From Octopus sinensis (lineage: Eukaryota): DNA of 48,984 bases. The DNA is taken from contig NW_021834372.1 in the NCBI RefSeq assembly GCF_006345805.1, positions 1 through 48,984 of the forward strand, in the 5' to 3' direction. Numbering within the stretch: position 1 is the stretch's first letter; each line of letters begins with the position of its first letter. The translations under genes and the position numbers were made by a program. This document shows, piece by piece, positions 12,073 to 24,369 of the stretch. Below the pieces are notes generated by a model, which did not search any database, was not told the DNA's origin, and saw only the letters and a list, made by a program, of their open reading frames with translations.

Positions 12073-12261
12073 CTAGAAATGAGAGAGAGAAAATTGGACA
12101 TCAGTGACAGCAAAGTTTCAAAATTAATTAAGTTAAAATGGTAATTACTTTTATAAGGAGGAAGGTTTAAAAGGAAATTACAAGAACATGACTGGAAAAT
12201 ATGGTCTCTGCTATTCCACCATAGTTTATTACAGTTTTTACATTTAGGTGGGACTGTATAG

Positions 12262-13170
12262 GGGGAAGTTTGCTTCCCAGCCAAATGGTTTTAGGCAAGC
12301 ATGTGTGAAGGATTTTCCTTAGATTAACAGACAAACATTTCACACACACACATAGATACAGGCAATTATTTAACAGGCGCAACCTAAAAGTCTCCTTTAG
12401 TGATGCACCTAACATAAAAACATTTCAACAAGTACCCACAATACAAAGGAGGAGGCAGGTAGTTCTTGCAGGTTATGTAATAACTGTCCAGTGGGAGGCC
12501 AATGTGAGGCTGAAGAGTCATTTATGCAGCTACAGTGATACCCAGACCTGCTATCTGCATTACCATCCAACAGCAATATTAGCAGATTAACCAGATCTCA
12601 TTCCAGTAAAATTGCCACCCCCAGAGATGATGACCAGCTCGAGACCAGCATCACAGAGGGCGTTACACACGGCCCCAGCACCATCGCCACAGATGATGGA
12701 CAAACCATTGTCATAAACACAGAGTGACCACCAGTATAATCACCACACTGAGAGATGATGGCCAATCCAGGACCAGTGACACAGACGAGGTATCGGGCGT
12801 TCCCAGTACCACTACCACAGATAATGACCAAACAGTTATCATCGACACTGATGGGATGACCAGCCCCACACCATATGTTACCACAGGCCACACCCACCCT
12901 AATGCCGTCAGCTACATTGGCAACCAGAAGTGATAACCATAGTGATAACACCACCAGATTTTTGTGCTATATTGACTGCATCAGCAATGGTGCTAAAAAC
13001 AGCATCCTCAGGCCCAGAGCCTATCAGAGATATACCAGGAGTGTGAATATAGCCATATCCCATGTTTGTAAACATATTAGATCGGCCAGTGCATCTTCGA
13101 AACATTGCTTCCGAGACCACCATGTAGAGAGAAAGGAGTTGATGGTTTGTTAATTTACTAAATAATACAT
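12262..13170 (+). mobile_element. Degenerate PLE fragment, same family as 4530-5215, with a Thr-rich insert
   Basis: Near-identical inverted match to 4745-4980; VIYAATV at 12517; CYID at 12965-12976. Confidence 0.6.
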
Positions 13171-14430
13171 CTCCCTTTCGGTGCATGCAGTAATGGGGAT
13201 GAGATTGCTGTTGTGGTGGTTGTGGTGTGGTAGTGGAAGCTATGTGAGCCTTCTGGTAGAGGCAGCTCATACTTGTGGTGGTGTGGGTGTGGAGCCATAT
13301 AGAGACGCTTGACCACCAATGCTGGTGTGTTTGCGTCCTCATCATTCGGCAGCTTGGCAAAAGAGACCAAGAGATTCATATTTCACTGTCCATTATTATT
13401 TCTATTCTTGTGTTGTTGTATTTGTTGTTACTCTTGTTGTGATTGTGGTTAAGAAGCAGTTGAACACATTACATGAAATCTTTTTAATGCTCAAAGTCAG
13501 GACATTACATAACACTGCAGGTGCAGAAGCTGTCTTTATTGCATGTATGGAAATATTTCGAAACATTGACAATGTCTTTTAAATCGAACTTAAGTTTACG
13601 GTTTGTAATTTACATGCCATAGGTTAGTGGGCATTTTGTATTGTTTGTTTACTTATTGCCATTTCAAAGTTTATTTCTGTTGTTGATATTGTTGTTGTTA
13701 TTGTCAGCATTATAACTTTCGATAACAAGCAGTTTATGATAATTTCTCATTGAAAAGTATTTAAAATATTACAATTTAAATATGAGACAAAGACTGAAAA
13801 AATTGTAAAAATGCATCTTTTGCTCCCTCCTATTGCCTGTAAATTATGACCAGACTTCGATTCTTGATAATCATTTAAATTAATTCCAATGTCTTAAAAT
13901 TATCTCCCCTTCTCCTTAAGAGTCTCCAACAATTTCCTCTAGATTTTTCCTTTCTTCATCTAAAAATGAAATTCCAATAAATATTTTTCATAAATGAACC
14001 CTTAAATTATTTATACAAAGTCTTAAACTCAGAGTAAACTTTACTGCTTTTGCCATTTTAGAAAATATTACTTTTATATCCATTTTCATATGTTGACATT
14101 AATTGGAAAAGTTCTTGAAACTTTCAAATCATGATTTGTGATTGATTGGAGATATTGATGTTGCACTTGTTTGTCTTTCTCATTACTGACTACACAACTG
14201 TGAATTGAACCACTAAGCAATAGAATAATGTGTCTTTCCTGGGGATTGAATGGCAGCAATAAGGTTTGAACTCCTAAAACTGATGTTTGTAGTTGAGCAC
14301 ATTAATCCTATAATCCTTATTCTTCAATGTCTGTGTGTGTGAAACAAAAGAATTCCTTAATGAGTTGCAAAGGAAAAAACAAGCCAAAACAACAAACATA
14401 AAAAAAACAGCCTTAAGGCAAACAGCTTAC

Positions 14431-14521
14431 TTTTCTGCAATGTGATCATTGTCTTATTACAAAATGTGTGAGGGCAATGGCCATGATACTTTTCTTGAAG
14501 ATCAAGATTTTGAACAGTTGC
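14431..14521 (-). CDS. Coding exon B (phase 0 to 1): ATVQNLDLQEKYHGHCPHTFCNKTMITLQK
   Basis: Acceptor ttattttattttag, donor A|gtaagc; 91 nt; CxxxxC pair resembles the integrin alpha genu. Confidence 0.8.
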
Positions 14522-14904
14522 CTAAAATAAAATAAATCAACAAAATTAAGAGCAGCAGATTATTTAAAATAGGTTAATAATGATGATGATAATGGTGATG
14601 AGGATGATGAGGATGATAGTGTTGGTGGTTATGATGATGGTAAAACATTTATAGTGTACAAGTAGTATTTTGTTTCTCAGTTTAAGATCAGTAGTGTACA
14701 CACACACACACACACACAATTCATAAGGATTTAAATACTGGACTTTTGTGCCTTTGACCTATATATTGCCAAAGCAAAAGGATTAAATCCAATAATAGCA
14801 AAAGCAACAAGAATACTCTCACACCTTGTGCCTCCCCAACAAAAGAGAAACACCTACAGGCTTGTTTCCAAGGTTCTTCATGCATGAATGAATAATAAAC
14901 AATA

Positions 14905-15318
14905 CTATCCGAAATGTGGCCCTATCCGAATCGTGGCCTCTCTATCCGAATCGTGGCCGATGCCAGTGCCACCTCGACTGGCTTCCGTGCCGGTGGCACG
15001 TAAAAAGCACCATCCAAATCGTGGCCGATGCCAGTGCCACCTTGACTGGCTTCCGTGCCGGTGGCACGTAAAATGCACCAATCTGACCGTGGCCGTTGCC
15101 AGCCTAGCCTGGCACCTGTGCAGGTGGCACGTAAAAAGCACCCACTACACTCACGGAGTGGTTGGCGTTAGGAAGGGCATCCAGCTGTAGAAACATTGCC
15201 AGATAAGACTGGAGCCTGGTGCAGCCTTCTGGCTTCCCAGATCCCCGGTCAAACTGTCCAACCCATGCTAGCATGGAGAACGGACATTAAACGATGATGA
15301 TGATGATGATGATGATGA
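14905..15318 (+). mobile_element. SINE-like family C with (GAT)n tail and internal ~67-bp tandem units
   Basis: Core GGCGTTAGGAAGGGCATCCAGCTGTAGAAAC...CCAACCCATGCTAGCATGG then (GAT)n. Confidence 0.8.
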
Positions 15319-16325
15319 ATATAACCCCAAATTTAATCAATAAAAAATTATTCCAAAACATCTTTCCATAACAACAGACCCTAAAAACCTAATTACCACC
15401 CCACTCAACACCACCCATCCAAAAATGATTTTAACTCAACAGAGACTATAAAAAGGTACCATTTACTCTAATGCATCACATAATGCTCTCATAATTTTTT
15501 TCCTTTTGCAGAGGTTACCATGGTTATTTATCGTAGGTTTTTCTTTCTATGGATAACTCTAGTCAGTGTTATATGTTCTTCCTCTTTTGGGAATTCAAAT
15601 TGTTAAAAAAATGTCACCTTGTTATCTATTTGTGACACGTCCCCAAAAAGAGAAATTCTACATTGTATTGTTCCCTCTGTGTTAAGCCCTGTGTGGCTAA
15701 ATAAAGAAATCTATCTATCTGTCTATCTATATGTCTGTCTGTTTGTCTGTCTATCTGTCTGTCTGCCTGTCTATCTATCTATCTGGCTATCTGTCTGTCT
15801 ACCTGCATGTCTGTCTGTCTATCTATCTATCTATCTATCTATCTGGCTGTCTGTCTGTCTACTTGCCTACCTGCGTGTCTGTCTGTATATCTATCTATAT
15901 ATCTGTCTGTCTATCTATCTATCTGTCTATCTATCTGTCTATCTATTTATCTACCTAACACTGAAATCTACAAGTTTTTTTTTAATTCTCTCTCTGTTTC
16001 TTTTTCTCTTATTCCTTTCCGTTGCAGAGCATAAGCTTGAAACATAAAAGACTTTTTCATTTTCCCAAGCATCAAACTATTACACTCGCTTGTTGTTCAT
16101 ACACCTGTCTTCGTCTTTTCTTTTTCTATAAATTTCACCCAGACACATATTCTTAATCACCTGAGATATATATATATATTGATATATAAGTGCATGGCTC
16201 ATAGATCCAAGTGTAGGAAGTTAGCAAGCTTCAAGCAGTCTGTGGCATGTAGAGAAAACAAAATGTGGACAGTGTGTGGTCATTAAGAATAATAATTTAT
16301 TTCTATACAGCTCATGGTGAGCAAC

Positions 16326-16691
16326 TAGTCGCAACTTATGTTCCAAACACTAGCTTAATGATAACTAAGTTGTTTTACTAAATTCTTTGTTATATTTAAA
16401 ATCAATTGAAAGAAACACAGAGCATCTCAACAGAAATAGGGTAACAAAAGGGTTAAAATATATAATAGAGAAACAATTCTTAACCCTTTTGTTACCAACC
16501 TGGCTGAAACCAGCTCTGGCTCTCTAGTTTACAAAAGATTTTAATTAAAATCTTCCACTAAACCTTAGTCACAATTTATGTTCCTAACACTAGCTGAATG
16601 ATAGCTAAGTTATTTTACTAAATTCTTTGTTATATTTAAAATAATTGAAAGAAACACAGAGCACCTCAAAATAAATACGGTAACGAAGGGG
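16326..16691 (-). mobile_element. piggyBac-like MITE dimer (complete 16484-16691 plus partial 16326-16452)
   Basis: TTAA termini; spacer is the exact reverse complement of the 311-333 spacer. Confidence 0.8.
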
Positions 16692-16884
16692 TTAATGCTG
16701 TTGCTGCATTATATTGTTAGAATACGACCGTACGTGATGAGTTTGGTGACATATTTCTCCTCTTGTACAGCGCACGGCCGCATCCCAACATAATATAACA
16801 TTATATATATGCCATAATAGAGAGGGAGGGAGATAGAAAAAGAGAAGAAAGGAGATAAGAAAGAGGAGGGGAGAGAATAGAGAG

Positions 16885-17192
16885 ATATCCGGTATTGGTT
16901 GGGAAGCAGCTGCCGGCAACCGTGGAGATTGGCGACGTATCGTAAAAAAGGGAATACAAAGGAGTAACAGAGAGAGAGAGAGAGAGAGGAGAAATGGAAA
17001 GACAAGAAAAGATGTCAACAAGAAACTATGACATTACAACCAGCCAAGCACCTGCCAGAGGGAGTGTTTGTCCAGGATAGGACTACACAGCCACAGCAGG
17101 AAATGTATCAGGACATGAAATGTAAAAGCCGGACTAGACTGTTTTATGCGCAACTCCATTGTCTCCCGAGACAAAAATGATAACAACAATGC
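16885..17192 (+). mobile_element. RTE/BovB-like LINE 3' end
   Basis: Matches 25890-26190 (gtgtttgtccaggataggactacacagccacagc...ctccattgtctcccgagaca). Confidence 0.8.
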
Positions 17193-17205
17193 CATAAGAC
17201 TCGTT

Positions 17206-18036
17206 TGTATACCGTGCCAAAGTAAATGATTAAAGGACGCCAAAAACCGTTCTACTTTTATAAAGAGAAGATAGATTTTATTCACAGAGTACAAAGTGAT
17301 TTGTGATTATTAGCGTAGTGTTGTGTCATGCTTATAATATTTGTGTCTGTGTGTTCGTGTGTGCGACAGAAGTACAGAATATGGTGCATGCGAATACAAC
17401 AGAGCATAAGAGAAGTCTCAACAATTTGAGTTAAAATGGAGTTATTTTAGAGCTATTTTACCAGTTCATGTAGTACACGATAATGAGTTCTATAACAAGA
17501 TTTGAGTCTCGGAGTGGAGATTAGTTGAATCACTTGTTGTGCATATCTTTCTCTTGATATAGATTTTCTTTCAGATATATATACTGCAACTGTTTTTCCG
17601 TGGTGAGATTTTCACACTAACAGTATGAGTTGAATCTGTATTTATCTTGTTCTGTACAAGTTGAAGTCTTCGTAGATGGAGAAGATGCTGGTGATGACGT
17701 TATGTCTATCGCTGGTTTACAATAGCGTCTTCATAGTATGGTTGGCTTGGCTGTCGTCTGCCTTTCGAACTGGAACATGGTTGAGTAAGCTCTGTGTGGT
17801 CTCCGACCAAGACCTTAAAAGGTCTTAAGCCGAAAGACGGCGAATCATCAAATAATCAGACTATTTATGGAGTTAAGATGGCTCAAATGAAAAGTCCTAT
17901 CCAAAAGCTGTGCGCGAAATAAGTAGAGAGACAGACCGCGCTTAGATGCTAACCAATCAGATCAGTGGACACAACAAGGTTAAACTAACCAAAGACGTTT
18001 GTAATCTCAAACAGTGAAGATAGCAATATTGCTACA
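17206..18036 (-). mobile_element. Possible solo LTR
   Basis: TGTA...TACA ends, with AATAAA near the minus-strand 3' end; no TSD found. Confidence 0.25.
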
Positions 18037-18503
18037 ATATAATGGAAAAGAGTTCTGCAATGCAGAGATGGCATTTGTTGTTAGAACTGCTACATGGTTT
18101 GGCATGAGTAACAATTCACTCTTTTATAATGCATAAAACTGAGTAATGTTTTAGCTTAAGAATGAGTCTAGAGAGAGAAGCATGGTTAGTTTTTGCTATA
18201 TACATATAGTTTACTGTTTTGTTTTAGGTAGGATCAATAGAAAAACTATTTTAGTGACAGATAAATGTCATTTAATATTCACAAAATTTTAAAAAGTGCT
18301 TCTAATAGTTTCATGCTGTAGAGATACAATAATTTGGCAGTTTTATATAACATGCCACATGTCTCCATGTAATCCTTGAAACATGTTATATAAATCTGCC
18401 AAATGAATTTCACCTCTATGGCATGAAACAATTAGTAGGTGTTTTTAAATTTTTTCTGTAATAAATGATGTGCGTGTGTGCATATATATTTCAATTTACT
18501 TAC

Positions 18504-18697
18504 CCAATAGATTCTACCCGTATCAGATTCTACAAAACTTGGCTTTGTTGCATTGTCTAATTCAAATTCAGTGTTGAAATTTCCTTGCTCCTTCTCACTT
18601 GTTATGTTTACATACTTAACCTTATCCAAAGAAATGTGTACAAATTTGTATTTACTATCAAAGTGAAGCATTACACTCCACATTGTGGCCTTGGTAA
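18504..18697 (-). CDS. Internal coding exon A (phase 1 to 0) of a putative integrin alpha-like gene: TKATMWSVMLHFDSKYKFVHISLD...ESDTGRIYW
   Basis: Acceptor ccattttctag, donor TGG|gtaagt; 194 nt = 2 + 64 codons, no stops; phase matches exon B. Confidence 0.8.
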
Positions 18698-18872
18698 CTA
18701 GAAAATGGTTTTAAAAAGGGGGGAAAAAAAGATTTATCAATTTTTTTAGCATGAAAATTCTTTTACGATGTGAATAGTTATATCAGTATTCTATTATTCA
18801 TTTCAACCAGAAGCTGTGGGCATGACCCACCCCAGTTATGCAAGAAAAATTAGAGCACTAATTTTCCACCAC

Positions 18873-18941
<69 letters not shown>

Positions 18942-19306
18942 GTTAATCCAAACATGAAAACACAAAGAGAAAACACAACAATGCGAGGACATGGAACAAA
19001 TATAGTATTAGTGGACGCTCAGGAAGGAAGAGAAGAAGGAGGGCTTTACGTTTCGAGCGGAGCTCTTTGTCAGAAACATAGGAAAAGGAAAGATCCAGAG
19101 AAGGGAAGACGGAGGAAAAAAAATCGTCAACGGTACACATGCGGTCACATATACATACACACACACACACAACACACACACACACATATATATATATATA
19201 AATATACATACCCACATACATACATATATATATATATACATATATACATATATATATATGTATGTATGTATGTATGAATGTATATATGTATGTATACATA
19301 TATATG

Positions 19307-19346
<40 letters not shown>

Positions 19347-19461
19347 TACATATATATAAATATACATACCCACATACATACATATATATATATATATATG
19401 TGAAATTTGATCTAGTATTTCTAAATTGAATTTTTCCCTGTAAGTTTGGAATAATATTCCT

Positions 19462-19494
<33 letters not shown>

Positions 19495-19537
19495 TATTAT
19501 TATTATTATTATTATTTATATATGTGTGTGTGTGTGT

Positions 19538-20740
19538 AGAGGTTGGACAAAATAATGGAAATACCTTAAAATTTCAAGCAAATTTATTTTAATATAGGAT
19601 AGGACTGCCTTTGGCAGTAATTACAGCATAAATTTCTTTGAGGTATGGACCTGTACAAAGTTTGAATTATTTCCAAAGGAATTTTTGTCCATTCTTCAGC
19701 TAAAACAGTCTCCAGTTCTTGTAATAATGATGATGGAAGATATCGACTCTGTACATGTTTTTCTAAAATGCACCATAAATGTTCAGTAATATTGAGATCT
19801 GGGGACTGTGGTGGCCAGATAAGATGTTCAACTTCACTAGAATGTTCCTCGTGCCATTCAGTAACAACTTTAGCTGTGTGAATTGGTGCATTATCATCCT
19901 GAAATATTGTTTCTGGAGGGAAACAGTTCCACAACCATAGGATGAATTTGATCAGATAAAATGCATAAATAGTCTTGACTATTAATTCTGCCACAAAGGG
20001 AAACCATTTGGCCGGCAGATTTCCAAGATATAGCTCCCCAGATCATCACAGATCCTCCTCCATGCTTATCAGTTGGAAGAAGGCAGTCTGGGTCAAATGA
20101 TTCTTGAGGCTGTCTCCACACGTATACTCAGCTGGTGGTCAGAAATAAGGTAAAGGATAGTTCATCTAAGAAAATAACATTCTTCTACTGCTCTAGGGAC
20201 CAATTCTGTAGGTTTTTACTTCATTCTAATTGCTTTGCAACTTTTGTTTTTGAAAGAAGTTGTTTTCTGCTTGCAGCCCTCCCATGAAATCCAGCTTTGT
20301 GCAGCTCCCAGCGAACAGTTTTTGTGGAAACTGGGTTCTGGAGGTGGTCATTAAGCTCTTTAGTAATTTTAGGAGCTGTACTTTTGTGATCCTTTCTAAC
20401 AATTCGTATAAGATTCTGGTGGTCCCTATCTGAAAGTTTTGGTTTTCTTCCAGACTTTGTTTTGACAAGAAAGCTTTTTTCCACTTTCTCAAAGGCAGTC
20501 ATTACTTTTGAGACAGTAATTCTTGATACACCAAACATTTTGGCTGTTTTCGCTACGTTGGTGCCTGCCATACGAGTACCAACAATTTGACCTCCTTGAA
20601 AGTCTGATAGATCTGTCATTTTAATGACTTTTAATTACCTTTTTCTGATGATATCTGAAAAGAAACAGCAATTTTAACAAAACATATTAAGCAACACTGA
20701 TAATAAATAAAAAAATATAAAAATAAGCAAGAAGAGTGCA
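19538..20740 (-). mobile_element. Tc1 (DD34E) transposon, frameshifted; one TIR visible
   Basis: HTH region MTDLSDFQGGQIVG...GRKPKLS, KHGGGSVMIWG, FQDDNAPIH, WPPQSPDLNITEHLW; TIR ..GGTTGGACAAAATAATGGAAA. Confidence 0.9.
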
Positions 20741-20892
20741 GGAAAAATAACGTTGTTGCTTTTACACCTGTTAATTAAATTTACCTGCCCATAAAAGTCA
20801 AATTAACTCAGCAAGATCAGCTAAAATTACTTAACTATAAACCAGTGGTATATAAAGCACCCACTGACAAAATTTCCAAATAAATCTTACTC

Positions 20893-21105
20893 TTTACTCT
20901 TTTACTTGTTTCAGTCATTTGACTGTGGTCATGCTGGAGCACCACCTTTAGTCGAGCAAATCGACCCCAGGAATTATTCTTTGTAAGCCTAGTACTTATT
21001 CTATCAGTCTCTTAAGCTGAACTGCTAAGTTACGGGGACGTAAACACACCAGCATCGGTTGTCAAGCGATGTTAGGGGACCAAACACAGACACAAAGTTG
21101 CAAGC
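20893..21105 (-). mobile_element. SINE family A, 3' half
   Basis: ttttacttgtttcagtcatttgactg...tail. Confidence 0.8.
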
Positions 21106-23098
21106 AAATATTGTGGACCCTCCTCTGGAACCTGAATAAGGTGAGCAAATTAAGCATTACATTTGACAGATTAATATGAACACCAAAAATGATTTTAGGT
21201 GGTTTTATTTCTTACACACACACACAACACGGCCTTGCTGGAAGGAAAAAGGGCTGTACCAACACTAAACCCCAGTGTACTCAGCTGATAAAATTAAAGT
21301 ACTAGCATTAGGTTGGTACTTGTTTTCAGCCAAGTAGATTGGAGTGACATGAAATGAAGCACCTTGTTTAAGGACACAATGTATCCCCCCCCAACCCCCA
21401 AGAATTGAACCCATGAACTTATGATTGTGAACCCAGTTTCCTGGCCACTAGGTCATGTGCCTTAACACTGGAGAGATAATAATCAAGAAATAATATATTA
21501 TTGATTTGTTTTTATAAAATTAAATTGATTTCAGATCAATAAATTTAAAAGGGAGTTTATCAAGGTAATTGGGATGGAGAGTAAGATTTTTAGTTTTGGC
21601 CAAAAATATTCCAAGTCCCCAAGAATGATGCAAATGAGTTGTCTTCAGACAGGAAGACAAAGTTGAAAGGATTGATTGCAGCAGAGGGAATTGTGCAAAC
21701 ATTCTTCAAGAGTCAGGTGATAGCATTGAACCATTTCTTAGAATATTTCTGCTGGAAAACATTGCGATTGTCAATTAGTTTTGAAAATAATGAAGAATTT
21801 AGTCATTATCAATACTGGAGATTGGAATATATGATTTACCAGGAAATTTTGATGGAAGAGCATCCAGTCATAGAAACCATGCCAAATCTGCCACGAGGGA
21901 TGGATGTGGCCCTGTGGCTCACCGAATCCTGTCAAACCATCCTCCCCATGCTCGTATGGAAAACAGATGAAAAATGATGACGATGATGATGATGCCTTAA
22001 TTCAGCTCATCTTAACATTTTTGTTGGAATATATCTGTTGAAACAGATTATCTTTGCTTCAATAAATGTTTGGAAATAAGGAAGAATTTAGTAAAATAAC
22101 TTTTATCATTATTAAACTAGTGTTTGGAAATGAAATTAATATGAAATTTTGACAGAAGGTTTTGATTTAGAAGTTTATATCAAACAAAGAAGTTTATATC
22201 AAACAACCAGAGACAGTCTCAGGTAGTTTGGTGTGAAAAAGGTTGAAACAAGTGATAGATGAAGTTGACCACCCAAGACCAGGGACAGAAATGGACTCTA
22301 CAATGAAGCGACCACAGAAGCGCCACCTACCAAATTCCACTCTTTAACTCTTTAGCATTCGGACTATTCTATCAAATGTAATCCTTGTTTATTCACGTTG
22401 CCTTGAATTAATTATTCATTCTCTTGTAGCTTCAAGATTTCAAGATGTGATTGTTTAGATTTAGAATGGCATTGCATGGTGGGTGTGAGGGTCTGGACAT
22501 GGCCAGTTGGTGTATATATATATATATGTATTGGATGGCTAGTTCGAATGGTAAAGTGTGAAAATTTAGTTGAGTTGAGGTTCTTGTTCAAGATACTAAT
22601 GCAGTTGCAACAACTGAATGGGAAACACAGATGAAGGAAAGAAAGATTTTAATCATCCACAGCCAACGACAATGATTGCACAAATAAATAATGAAGAGAA
22701 CTTACTTATTAACTGAGGGAATATTATGACTAAAATACTCCAATATAGAAGAAGCATCATGGTAGGAGATGGAAGGAACTGGTCAGTCTTCAGAAATGGT
22801 GATTTTCCCCTTGTCTTTTTGTCAGATCTCTTGCAAAGCAGATAAGAATTTCTATATCAAATGTTCTGAGAGACAAATTCCGTTTAATCTCTCTGCGTTC
22901 TTCTGTTCAGCTGTTTTATAAACTGGAATAATATATAAAGAAGCGACAAACAGGATCACTTGATATTTTCAGCCAATGACTACTTCAGGTTTTATAATTC
23001 ATGCTACTTCAACTTCTTGTGATTATGGAGAAGGATGTGGCGAAGGTTGATAAAACAAAAAGTTCTGTGTTTTTGGTTTTTAAAGCTTGGACAATATT

Positions 23099-23750
23099 CA
23101 TCATCATCATCATCATCATCGTTTAACGTCCGTTTTCCGCGCTAGCACGGGTTGGACGGTTCGACTGGGGTCTGGGAAGCCAGGGGCTGCTCCAGGCTCC
23201 AGTCTGATCTGGCAGAGTTTCTACGGCTGGATGCCCTTCCTAACGCCAACCACTCCGCGAGTGTAGTGGGTGCTTTTTACGTGCCACCTGCACAGGTGCC
23301 AGGGGGGAAACCGGCATCGGTCACGATCGGTTGGAGCTTTTAACGTGCCAGCGGCACGGAAGCCAGCCAAGGCGGCGCTGGCAACGTTCGGATGGTCTTT
23401 TTATGTGCCACCGGCACAGGAGCCAGTCGGGGCGGCGCTGGCATCGGCCACGTTCGGATAGTGCTTTTTATGTGCCACCGGCACAGAAGCCAGTCGGGGC
23501 GGCGCTGGCATCGGCCACGTTCGGATAGTGCTTATTATGTGCCACCGGCACAGGCATCACAACTACAATTTCCATTGATATTTATTTCGACGTTCATGTT
23601 CACGTTCATGTACTTGACTCAACAGGTCTCCTCAAGCACAGCGGGACGTTCTGGGATCCGGGGTACTTTGAATGGGCAGAGGCTATGCGGAACTGATGCA
23701 GGAAGCAGCCCGGGTCTTTGCAGTCACAGCATATCTCCAGAGATCTCGAT
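23099..23750 (-). mobile_element. SINE-like family C, long copy with several ~67-bp units
   Basis: (CAT)n tail; units start at 23405, 23472, 23539; absent from the paralogous site near 27966. Confidence 0.85.
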
Positions 23751-23969
23751 GAAAACTATCCCAGTATATTAAGTGGCCCTGAAGCAAAGGGATTGTGTGG
23801 TAGACTGCCTGCTAAGTTATAAGGATCAGCTGAAAGAATCACTAAGACTAAATATTTTGGGAAAGTTATATTCTGGATCAATCTGAGTGGCTTAAAATGT
23901 GTCACGAAACATGAAATCAATTTGAAAATGATTAATATTATGGAAAAAGAAAAAAAATAGACAATAGTT

Positions 23970-24358
23970 GCAGGAGTGGCTGTGTGGTAAGTAGCTTGCT
24001 TACCGACCACATGGTTCAGGGTTCAGTCCCACTACGTGGCACCTTGGGCAAGTGTCTTCTGCTATAGCTTTGGGCCGACCAAAGCCTCGTGAGTGGATTT
24101 GGTAGACGGAAACTGAAAGAAGCCCGTCGTATATATGTATATATATGTATGTTGTTTGTGTGTCTGTGTTTGTCCTCCCAACATTGCTTGACAACCGATG
24201 CTGGTGTGTTTACGTCCCCGTAAATTAGCAGTTCGGCAAAAGAGACCGATAGAATAAGTACTAGGCTTACAAAGAATAATTCCTGGGGTCCATTTCCTCG
24301 ACTGAAGGTGGTGCTCCAGCATGGCCACAGTCAAATGACTGAAACAAGTAAAAGAGTA
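23970..24358 (+). mobile_element. Full-length tRNA-derived SINE, family A
   Basis: GCAGGAGTGGCTGTGTGGTAAG head, GGTTCAGTCCC B-box-like motif, internal (TA/TG)n, tail GACTGAAACAAGTAAAAGAG. Confidence 0.9.
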
Positions 24359-24369
24359 AATATTACCAA

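Noticed and set aside
15623-15705. Candidate minus-strand exon (HTGLNTEGTIQCRISLFG...)
   Set aside because: Phase 2 to 0 does not fit between exons A and B, and its start resembles a repeat-tail motif seen elsewhere
21639-21977. 112-aa plus-strand ORF as a gene
   Set aside because: No recognisable domain or splice context, and its 3' part runs into a decayed SINE tail
23400-23560. Regularly spaced ~67-bp repeats resembling a CRISPR array
   Set aside because: The units are contiguous tandem repeats with no unique spacers, inside a eukaryotic SINE-like element; no cas genes
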